In this document: piece by piece, positions 27,019-34,487 of the stretch
Layout: each line of letters begins with the position of its first letter
How positions within the stretch are numbered: the first letter of the stretch is position 1
Assembly: GCA_964612505.1 (NCBI GenBank)
Contig: CAZTEX010000011.1
Location: 1,441 to 65,440, forward strand
DNA from: an uncultured bacterium
GTDB lineage: Bacteria > Chlamydiota > Chlamydiia > Chlamydiales > JAAZZY01
Reading direction: 5' to 3'
Length of the DNA: 64,000 nt
Position numbers and translations under genes: made by a program
Notes under the pieces: model-generated
What the model saw: the letters and a program-made list of their open reading frames with translations, nothing else
Databases searched by the model: none
Told to the model about the DNA's origin: nothing

Positions 27019-27335
27019 TGGTATGCAGAGCAAGGGAATTTTGGCTCCTTAGCAGTTTGCCAAATTATTCAGCTTGCGATTCCTTATTTTATAAATGATT
27101 TTCGCCAATTTTTTAAAGAGCGCTGTTATGGCTCTTTTCAAGAAGCATGGGATTTAGAAAAAAAATTTCTATATCCACATGATCTTATGACAGGTATCGG
27201 TTCTGTCGCTTACACAAAAGAAATTATTAGAAATATTCTACCTATGCTATATGAGTATGATTCTACTTTATTTGATGGAAATGTAGAAGAATTAACAGAT
27301 TCTCAATAGTTTCTCAAAATAAAGTGATCCATGAG

Positions 27336-27370
27336 AAAAGCCCCAATAAGTGTTATTGGGGCTTTTTTTT
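27336..27370. terminator. bidirectional rho-independent terminator between convergent genes
   Basis: AAAAGCCCCAATAA-GTG-TTATTGGGGCTTTTTTTT. A perfect 14-bp stem with an A-run on one side and a T-run on the other. Confidence 0.8.
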
Positions 27371-27372
27371 AT

Positions 27373-27591
27373 TTACTTACTAGCGACTGCGCCCGTACTT
27401 GATCCTGGATCGCCTGCTTGACCACCATTGCCTGTTGAAGAGGCTGCTTGCTGATCTAGGAGATTTAAAAGGTTATTCAGCTGGTCTTGAATGAGCTGCT
27501 GAAGCTGATCACTTTCTTGTTGTTTGGTGCTATTGAGGTCAAAATAATCAACCCCAGTTGCTGCGCCCGAACCATTAACTGCATCTACCAT
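27373..27591 (-). CDS. small hypothetical protein (72 aa; Q/L-rich helix flanked by G/S/A-rich tails)
   Basis: ORF with an AAGGTAG Shine-Dalgarno-like sequence upstream of the ATG. It ends directly at the bidirectional terminator. Confidence 0.5.
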   Translation of the reverse strand: MVDAVNGSGAATGVDYFDLNSTKQQESDQLQQLIQDQLNNLLNLLDQQAASSTGNGGQAGDPGSSTGAVASK

Positions 27592-27726
27592 ATACTACCT
27601 TATTATACTTGTTTTATTAACATAAGCCATTGGACCTAATTATTATAGTACTTTTTGACTTAAAAAGCAAGAGATTTTTTTATAAAATGTTTTAATTTAT
27701 TTATTGTTAGCATTTTAGGATATAAA

Positions 27727-27753
27727 TAAGCACTCAAAGGCTTTATCTGCTAA
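27727..27753 (+). promoter_or_regulatory. CIRCE-like HrcA operator (imperfect)
   Basis: TAAGCACTC-AAAGGCTTT-ATCTGCTAA compared with consensus TTAGCACTC-N9-GAGTGCTAA. The spacing is exact, with 8/9 and 6/9 matches. It lies just upstream of the -35 box of the hrcA promoter. Confidence 0.5.
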
Positions 27754-27758
27754 TTTTT

Positions 27759-27787
27759 TTGACATAATTTGAGCTGTGTTTTATAAT
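27759..27787 (+). promoter_or_regulatory. sigma-70-type promoter of hrcA-grpE-dnaK
   Basis: TTGACA (27759-27764), a 17-nt spacer, then TATAAT (27782-27787). This is a perfect consensus, 22 nt upstream of the hrcA ATG. Confidence 0.7.
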
Positions 27788-27809
27788 AACAGTTGAATTT
27801 AGCAAATAG

Positions 27810-28970
27810 ATGGGAGTGTCTGCTATCTTGAAAACGCTATCAAAGAGTCGACTCAGCAAGAAGGAACGGGAACTCAAGGTTTTATTTAACTTAATTGAGC
27901 TTTATATTAGTGAGGGTCAACCAATTGGCTCTAAGACTCTTATGGAGAAAAGGTTTAAGAGTTTAAGTTCGGCGACGATTCGCAATTACTTTGCCTCCTT
28001 AGAAGCAGGCGGATTTTTGTCGCAGCAGCATGCTTCAGGAGGACGAATCCCCACTGAAGAAGCTTATAGAATTTATGCAGAGGAGTTCTTAAAAGACGGA
28101 GTTTTAAATGAAAACAAAGATAAAAAACTCAAAGAATTGGCCTATTTTGCCGATAAAAATCTAGCTTTATACCTTCAAAGAGCAGCTCAACTTTTGAGCG
28201 AAACAACAGGTTACCCCGTTTTTTTATCAGCTCCCCGATTTGATCAGGATTTTATTACCGACATCAAGCTTGTCTTAATTGATGCAAATAGATGTTTATG
28301 TGTGGTTTTAACAGAGCTAGGACTGATTCGCAGTGAAATTCTGTACTTAGAGACCAAGCTTCATCATCATGCTCTGAAAAGGGTGGAGGATGCACTGATT
28401 GCTCGTGTTAAATCAGTTGAGAATTCAGTAAGACTGAGTCATGACGAAGAAATTTTGACTCAAAAGATTTATAATGAAGTGATGGTTCGCTACATTATTG
28501 GATATTCTAACTTTAGTATAGAAGAGGTGTATACAACAGGACTATCAACCCTACTAGGATATCCTGAGTTAAATAGCGCTGAAAGTTTTGTGAGAGGGCT
28601 TGCCCTTTTTGAAAACCCTAATTACATTCGACTTTTGATTAAAGAAAGTTGCAGAGAGAAATCGCTTAAAACGTTCATTGGCTCTCAGCTCTCTAAATTC
28701 AGCCCCTTAACGCAAGAGTGTAGCTCGATTTGTTTACCTTATCTAATTGGTGGAAAAATTGTAGGTGCTGTTGGAATCTTAGGTCCCATGCGGATGCCAT
28801 ATCGAGATTTGTTTGGAACATTGCATGCATTTACAGAGTATATCAGCTCAACTCTCACAAAGAGTATGGTAAAACACAAATTAACCTATCGCGTTCCTCA
28901 GGATGGGCAAGTTTATTTAGAAGCAAATACTTATAATACTCAAGCCATGCTTGAAGATAAAAGACATTAA
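27810..28970 (+). CDS. hrcA: heat-inducible transcription repressor HrcA
   Basis: 386 aa. N-terminal winged helix ..LIELYISEGQPIGSKTLME..SSATIRNYFASLEAGGFLSQQHASGGRIPT.. The operon context is hrcA-grpE-dnaK. Confidence 0.95.
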   Translation: MGVSAILKTLSKSRLSKKERELKVLFNLIELYISEGQPIGSKTLMEKRFKSLSSATIRNYFASLEAGGFLSQQHASGGRIPTEEAYRIYAEEFLKDGVLNENKDKKLKELAYFADKNLALYLQRAAQLLSETTGYPVFLSAPRFDQDFITDIKLVLIDANRCLCVVLTELGLIRSEILYLETKLHHHALKRVEDALIARVKSVENSVRLSHDEEILTQKIYNEVMVRYIIGYSNFSIEEVYTTGLSTLLGYPELNSAESFVRGLALFENPNYIRLLIKESCREKSLKTFIGSQLSKFSPLTQECSSICLPYLIGGKIVGAVGILGPMRMPYRDLFGTLHAFTEYISSTLTKSMVKHKLTYRVPQDGQVYLEANTYNTQAMLEDKRH

Positions 28971-28982
28971 AAGGAAACCACT

Positions 28983-29600
28983 ATGAGTCATAAAGAACCG
29001 CAAGAAAAACCATTTGAAGATGAAAAGCCCCTTTTTGAAGAAAATGTGGAAAGCAAGGAACCCATCATGATGACAGTTACCAAAGAGCAGTGGGATCATC
29101 TTCAAAATGAACTTAAAGAATATAAAGATAAAAATTTAAGGATTTTAGCAGAGTCTGAAAACACGCGCAAAAGGTTGCAAAAAGAAAAAACAGAGATGCA
29201 ATCTTACGCTAAAGAAAACTTAATTTGTGAATTTTTAAACCCTATAGATCATTTTGAAAAAGCTCTCAGTTTTAAAGAGCAACAATCAGATGAAGTCAAA
29301 AGTTGGATGATGGGCTTTGAAATGATCTTAACGCAATTTAAAGATATATTAAATCAAAATGAAATCAGGCCTATTGAGTCTGTTGGTCGTCCCTTTGATC
29401 CTTATTTCCATGAAGCTATGGAAGCAGAAGAGACTACTAAATATGTCCCAAATACAATCATTAAAGAGCATGTCAAAGGCTATATGATTGGAGAAAGGGT
29501 GATAAGACCAGCAAAAGTGAAAGTTGCTAAAAAGCCTGCTGCTCATAGCGACGAAGGTCAGACTCTAGAGGCTAAAACATCAAAAGAAACTATAAATTAA
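28983..29600 (+). CDS. grpE: nucleotide exchange factor GrpE
   Basis: 205 aa. ..[16 protein letters not shown].. and C-terminal ..[28 protein letters not shown].. Confidence 0.95.
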   Translation: MSHKEPQEKPFEDEKPLFEENVESKEPIMMTVTKEQWDHLQNELKEYKDKNLRILAESENTRKRLQKEKTEMQSYAKENLICEFLNPIDHFEKALSFKEQQSDEVKSWMMGFEMILTQFKDILNQNEIRPIESVGRPFDPYFHEAMEAEETTKYVPNTIIKEHVKGYMIGERVIRPAKVKVAKKPAAHSDEGQTLEAKTSKETIN

Positions 29601-29613
29601 AAGGAAGGTTATT

Positions 29614-31539
29614 ATGGCAGAGAATAAGAAAGGAAAAATTATCGGGATTGATTTAGGAACAACCAACTCTTGCGTAGCTGTGATGGAAGGAAGCTCTGCA
29701 AAGGTGATTGTTTCTGCTGAAGGTGGACGTACAACACCCTCTGTTGTCTCATTTAAAGGCAATGAGCGCTTAGTGGGAATTCCTGCTAAACGTCAAGCGG
29801 TTACAAATCCAGATAAAACATTAGCATCTACGAAACGCTTTATCGGAAGAAAGTATGATGAAGTGCGTGGTGAAATTGAAATGGTCCCTTATAAAGTGAT
29901 TAAGAATAGCAATGGGGACGCTGTCTTTGAAATAGATGGAAAACAAGTTTCTCCAGAAGAAATGGCTGCTCAAATTCTGATTAAAATGAAAGAGACGGCA
30001 GAAGCTTATCTCGGGGAAAAAGTCACAGAAGCAGTTATTACTGTACCAGCTTATTTTAACGACTCACAACGTCAATCGACAAAAGATGCTGGTCGAATTG
30101 CAGGTCTTGAGGTGAAGCGAATTATCCCAGAGCCTACTGCTGCCGCTCTAGCCTATGGACTTGATAAAGAGGGTGACAAAAAGGTTGCCGTTTTTGACTT
30201 AGGAGGGGGAACTTTTGATATTTCTATCCTTGAGATCGGAGATGGTGTTTTTGAAGTTCTTGCAACCAATGGAGATACCCACCTTGGTGGAGATGATTTT
30301 GATATCGCCATTATTAATTGGATGGTTGAAGAATTTAAAAAAGAACACGGGATTAATTTAAAGCAAGATAAGATGGCTTTGCAAAGATTAAGAGATGCTG
30401 CTGAAAAAGCAAAAATTGAGCTTTCAGGAGTCATGTCCACAGAGATTAATCAGCCATTTATTACGATGGATGCCACAGGTCCTAAACATTTAGCTTTAAC
30501 TTTAACCAGAGCTCAACTTGAAAAACTAACGCATGACTTAGTAGAAAGAACTAAAGAACCATGCTTAAAAGCGCTCAAAGATGCTGGAGTGAATAAAGAA
30601 GATATTCATGATGTGATCTTGGTGGGTGGTATGAGCCGGATGCCTATTGTGCAAGAAATGGTGAAAACTATTTTTGGTCGTGAACCTCATAAAGGCGTGA
30701 ACCCTGATGAAGTTGTTGCACTAGGTGCTGCTATTCAAGGGGGAGTATTAGGGGGCGATGTTAAAGACGTTCTTTTATTAGATGTTATTCCTCTAACTTT
30801 AGGTATTGAAACGTTAGGGGGAGTCTTAACTCCACTCGTTGAGAAAAATACAACCATTCCAACGCAAAAGAAACAGGTATTTTCAACTGCTGCGGATAAT
30901 CAACCTGCAGTGACAATTCGTGTTCTTCAAGGGGAACGCAAAATGGCTAACGATAACAAAGAAATTGGCCGTTTTGATCTAACAGATATCCCCCCAGCTC
31001 CTCGAGGAATGCCTCAAATTGAAGTTGCGTTTGATATTGATGCAGATGGAATTTTACATGTTTCTGCTAAAGACTTGCAGTCAGGTAAAGAACAAAAAAT
31101 TCGTATTGAAGCCAAGTCAGGACTTTCTCAAGCTGAGATAGATCGAATGGTTAAAGATGCGGAGATGCATGCGGAAGAAGATAAAGTCAAAAAAGAACAA
31201 ATAGAAGCTAAAAATGAAGCTGATGCGCTTGTTTTTAGAGCAGAAAAATCTTTGAATGATTTTAAAGATAAACTTCCCAAGGAAATTGTTTCTGAGATTC
31301 AGTCTAAAGTGGATTCTTGTAAAAAAGCTTTAAAGGATAACAACTTAGAAAAAATTAAAAGTACGAAATCTGATTTAGAGCAAAGCATTCAAAAGATTGG
31401 TGAAGCAATGCAACGCCAAGCAGGAGCGGGTGCAACACCTCCTCCAGGAGCTGCTGCTCAAAATAAGAGTGCAAACACTGATGAAAAGATTGAAGATGCA
31501 GAAGTTGAAATAATGGACTCTGAAGATCAAAATAATTAA
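29614..31539 (+). CDS. dnaK: molecular chaperone DnaK (Hsp70)
   Basis: 641 aa. [25 protein letters not shown] and [11 protein letters not shown] are all present. Confidence 0.98.
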   Translation: MAENKKGKIIGIDLGTTNSCVAVMEGSSAKVIVSAEGGRTTPSVVSFKGNERLVGIPAKRQAVTNPDKTLASTKRFIGRKYDEVRGEIEMVPYKVIKNSNGDAVFEIDGKQVSPEEMAAQILIKMKETAEAYLGEKVTEAVITVPAYFNDSQRQSTKDAGRIAGLEVKRIIPEPTAAALAYGLDKEGDKKVAVFDLGGGTFDISILEIGDGVFEVLATNGDTHLGGDDFDIAIINWMVEEFKKEHGINLKQDKMALQRLRDAAEKAKIELSGVMSTEINQPFITMDATGPKHLALTLTRAQLEKLTHDLVERTKEPCLKALKDAGVNKEDIHDVILVGGMSRMPIVQEMVKTIFGREPHKGVNPDEVVALGAAIQGGVLGGDVKDVLLLDVIPLTLGIETLGGVLTPLVEKNTTIPTQKKQVFSTAADNQPAVTIRVLQGERKMANDNKEIGRFDLTDIPPAPRGMPQIEVAFDIDADGILHVSAKDLQSGKEQKIRIEAKSGLSQAEIDRMVKDAEMHAEEDKVKKEQIEAKNEADALVFRAEKSLNDFKDKLPKEIVSEIQSKVDSCKKALKDNNLEKIKSTKSDLEQSIQKIGEAMQRQAGAGATPPPGAAAQNKSANTDEKIEDAEVEIMDSEDQNN

Positions 31540-31576
31540 ATCTTCCATGTCCATTTTTTAGGCTATGCGTGTTTTA

Positions 31577-31606
31577 AACCCCTGTAAATTTTACAGGGGT
31601 TTTCAT
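31577..31606 (+). terminator. rho-independent terminator after dnaK
   Basis: AACCCCTGTAAA-TT-TTACAGGGGTTTTCATTTT hairpin followed by a T-rich tail. Confidence 0.75.
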
Positions 31607-31703
31607 TTTCTAATGATACTTGAAAAGTCGTCATTTTCTTGACTTAAATTCATAAAAAATTTTAATTTAACTCTTTTCAAAATTTTTCTTAGGGGGATAT
31701 CCT

Positions 31704-32630
31704 ATGAAATCATTAAACATGAAGAGAATTTGTACATTCTTATGTGCAATAGTATGTTCTAGTATGTTATTTGCAGACATAGATGCTGATCAGCTCATTG
31801 CTCAGTCTTCTAAATCAAAAGCAAGAGCGGCTAGACAAAAGAAAAGCCAACGTACCCCAAATTCTTGGGTTCCGTATTTCCTGAAAACTAAAGTAGTTGA
31901 ACCAACTAAGAGCTCATTTTACCAACAAAACGTCGGTATCGGTTTTCTTTATTTTTCAACGATTAGAGGCAATTTAAATCCTACAAACGTTACTGGTGCT
32001 GGTATAACAAATAAAAAGCTAACTGGACATTTGATGTACAATCGTACGCCAGTGGCTGAATTTATTGTTGGTACAGATATTCTGTATTGGTTAAAAGTGG
32101 CTCTTGCATACCAACATCAAGGTGATATTGTTGTTCAAACTAGACCTCAATTTGTTGTGGCCGATGCAGGTGGTGCAGTTGATTTGACATCTCAAGTTCG
32201 CTTAGATGCAGTTCAATTTAAAGTCTACTTGTTAAATCCACGTACTCTTGTCTGGAAAAATATGTATTATGAACAGTACCTAGGTCTTGCTGTAGGACCA
32301 GGCTGGCAGACATGGATTGATAACAGAACTGCTTCTGTAGGATCTGTGACACTTCGTCCAAAGTTTTCTGCTAACTGTGTTTACACTGTAGATCTTGGTG
32401 TTAAGCTTAGAAAAGCACTTCCAAGCTATATCATGTCTTTCACAGCTGGATGTAAATACACTGGTTGGGGACAAGCAAGAAGCATAGGAAAAATTACTCA
32501 ACAGTATAATTCAAGTGCGGGCGTTTCGGGAACTGGAAGAAATGGTTTTCCAGCTGCTTTAAACAACCCTGTCAGTATCAAAACTGTTTATCAATTTGCA
32601 CCTTATGTTGGAGTACAGTTTAACTTCTAA
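31704..32630 (+). CDS. outer-membrane beta-barrel protein, family paralog A (single module)
   Basis: 308 aa. Signal peptide ..SSMLFA/DI. Alternating amphipathic strands. The C-terminal beta-signal-like end is IKTVYQFAPYVGVQFNF. About two-thirds of residues are identical to paralog B by eye. Confidence 0.8.
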   Translation: MKSLNMKRICTFLCAIVCSSMLFADIDADQLIAQSSKSKARAARQKKSQRTPNSWVPYFLKTKVVEPTKSSFYQQNVGIGFLYFSTIRGNLNPTNVTGAGITNKKLTGHLMYNRTPVAEFIVGTDILYWLKVALAYQHQGDIVVQTRPQFVVADAGGAVDLTSQVRLDAVQFKVYLLNPRTLVWKNMYYEQYLGLAVGPGWQTWIDNRTASVGSVTLRPKFSANCVYTVDLGVKLRKALPSYIMSFTAGCKYTGWGQARSIGKITQQYNSSAGVSGTGRNGFPAALNNPVSIKTVYQFAPYVGVQFNF

Positions 32631-32659
32631 AGTAAGTTAACAGTATTCTCAAGATTCAA

Positions 32660-32695
32660 CATGACTCTAGAAAACTCTAGGGTCATGTTTTTTTT
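32660..32695 (+). terminator. rho-independent terminator after OMP paralog A
   Basis: CATGACTCTAG-AAAACT-CTAGGGTCATG followed by T8. Confidence 0.75.
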
Positions 32696-32713
32696 ATAAC
32701 AAGTGGCATTTGT

Positions 32714-33260
32714 TCAGCCAGTATCCTCAAAGCCTAGAACAAACAACAAAGCCTCACAAGCCTGTAAGCCGTTTAATGTACAACCCACAAGTCGGTTGAA
32801 GCTATTATAACAGATATTTGGTGCTAGCTAAAAATGGCTCTTGCCTATCAGTACCAAGGTGATATGTTATTCAAAAAAAGACCTCAAGTGATTGTAAAAG
32901 CGTCGTCAGATGAGAGTTTGAGCGTAGCTGACTTTACATTCCAAGTTCGTTTAGGTGCGATTCAATCTAAAGCCTACTTGCTTAATCCACGTACTCTTGT
33001 ATGGAAGCATATACACTGTAGATCTTGGTGTTAAAATGAGAAAAGTACATCCACGCTATAGTCTCTTACAGCTAGATGTAAGTACACGGGTTGAGGATAA
33101 GCAAGAAGCATAAGAAAAACAAACCAACAATATCAAGTAAGTACATTGCAAGATAATGGTGTGAAGAAAATGGTGAGCGAGCTGCTTTAAGTAATCCATT
33201 CGGAATCAATACAGCGCATCCATTTACATCTTAATATGTGTGTGCAATTTAGCTTTTATA
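32714..33260 (+). pseudogene. decayed copy of the OMP family gene (internal deletions, multiple stops)
   Basis: Colinear DNA similarity to paralogs A and B. ..TCCTCAAAGCCTAGAACAA.. matches B at 33525. The track ORF 32834-33034 (ALAYQYQGD..QVRLGAIQSKAYLLNPRTLVWK) matches A's ALAYQHQGD..QVRLDAVQFKVYLLNPRTLVWK. ..TACACTGTAGATCTTGGTGTTAA.. matches A at 32385. The GLAVGPGWQTW segment is deleted, stops occur in every frame, and a degenerate copy of the family terminator lies at ~33305-33341. Confidence 0.8.
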
Positions 33261-33417
33261 ATAAGTTAAAAATAATCTAGTTAAAAGCATTCTAAAGATT
33301 CAATATAACTCTAAAAAATCTCTAGCGTCATGTTTTTTTTTGAAAACAATTTGACATTAATTGGAATAAAAAAATATTGTGGTATTTTTTAAACATTATC
33401 TCTTGGGGGGATATTAT

Positions 33418-34344
33418 ATGAAATTGAAAAAACTGAACAAAATGTGCATGTTTATCTGCGCATTGGTTTTTTCTAGCGCATTGTTTGCTGAGGTACCAGA
33501 AACTCAATTGGTGAGTCAGCAACAATCCTCAAAGCCTAGAACAACCACCAGTAAAAGTAACGGCCAAACTCGTAGATTTTGGAAGCCGTATTATTTAAAA
33601 CTGAAAGAAGTTGAGCCTGCTCTAACTTCATTTTATCAACAAAACGTCGGTATCGGTTTCTTACGTTTTTCAGGAATCAGAGGGAACTTAAATCCTACTA
33701 ACGTAACAGGTGCTGTATCGTCTAACGATAAGTTAGTCGGTCATCTAATGTATAACCGTACACCGCTTGTAGAGTTTGTTATTGGTACAGATATCTATCG
33801 TTGGTGGAAAATGGGGATCTCATATCAACACCAAGGTGGGATCGTTGTTCAAACTAGACCTCAAACTGTTGTAGCAGATGCAGGTGGTGCAGTTGATTTG
33901 ACATCTCAAGTTCGCTTAGATGCAATTATGTTTAAAACATATTTTGTGCTTCCATACGTATTAACTTGGTTAAATCTTTATAACGAAGCATATCTTGGCC
34001 TTGCTGTAGGACCAGGCTGGCAAACATGGATTGATAACAGAACTGCTGCTGTAGGATCTGTTACTCTTCGTCCAAAGTTTTCTGCTAACTGTGTATATAC
34101 TGTAGACCTTGGATTTAAAATGAGAAAAGCTCTTCCAAACTATAACATGTCTTTTACTCTTGGTTGCAAATATAACCAATGGGGACAAGCAAGATATATC
34201 GGAAAAGCTGGTCAGCAGTATGATTCAAGCACGGGTGTAGTACGCACAGGAAGCAACGGCTTACGAGCTGCGTTAAGCAATCCTCCACGTATTATAACTG
34301 TTTATCAGTTTGCTCCGTATGTTGGGGTTCAATTTAACTTCTAA
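33418..34344 (+). CDS. outer-membrane beta-barrel protein, family paralog B (single module)
   Basis: I prefer ATG 33418, which is preceded by GGGGGGATATTAT like paralog A's GGGGGATATCCT, over the track's GTG 33379. Signal peptide ..SSALFA/EV. C-terminal end ITVYQFAPYVGVQFNF. Confidence 0.8.
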   Translation: MKLKKLNKMCMFICALVFSSALFAEVPETQLVSQQQSSKPRTTTSKSNGQTRRFWKPYYLKLKEVEPALTSFYQQNVGIGFLRFSGIRGNLNPTNVTGAVSSNDKLVGHLMYNRTPLVEFVIGTDIYRWWKMGISYQHQGGIVVQTRPQTVVADAGGAVDLTSQVRLDAIMFKTYFVLPYVLTWLNLYNEAYLGLAVGPGWQTWIDNRTAAVGSVTLRPKFSANCVYTVDLGFKMRKALPNYNMSFTLGCKYNQWGQARYIGKAGQQYDSSTGVVRTGSNGLRAALSNPPRIITVYQFAPYVGVQFNF

Positions 34345-34376
34345 AAGAAGTAAATAGCTTCCATAGGATATCTCGA

Positions 34377-34412
34377 CATGACTTTGGTCCTTCCAAAGTC
34401 ATGTTTTTTTTT
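34377..34412 (+). terminator. rho-independent terminator after OMP paralog B
   Basis: CATGACTTTGG-TCCTT-CCAAAGTCATG followed by T9. Confidence 0.8.
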
Positions 34413-34487
34413 GTCTAAAAGATTTTTTTATTGCAGGGATTGTGATCAAGCCCTATAAAAAAAATTTTTGACTAAAAAAATATAGTA

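Noticed and set aside
28917-29105. A 62-aa minus-strand ORF across the hrcA-grpE junction.
   Set aside because: It is antisense to two well-supported heat-shock genes, and its hydrophobic, F/L-rich composition is typical of antisense AT-rich coding DNA.
30153-30440. A 95-aa antisense ORF inside dnaK. Similar antisense ORFs sit inside serS (5131-5362), uvrA (20517-20723), lspA (24808-25097), kdsD (48711-49010), E2 (46905-47201) and gmhA (43034-43327).
   Set aside because: All are fully embedded in strongly supported genes on the opposite strand or in another frame. None has an independent signal.
32834-33034. A 66-aa ORF that could be taken for a small OMP-like gene.
   Set aside because: It is a surviving fragment of the decayed OMP paralog (32714-33260). 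It has no signal peptide and no C-terminal strand. The flanking homologous sequence is full of stops and deletions.
33379-33417. The GTG start given by the track for OMP paralog B.
   Set aside because: The internal ATG at 33418 has the same G-rich leader as paralog A and yields a canonical signal peptide (MKLKKLNKMCMF..LFA). The 13 extra residues (MVFFKHYLLGGYY) look non-native.
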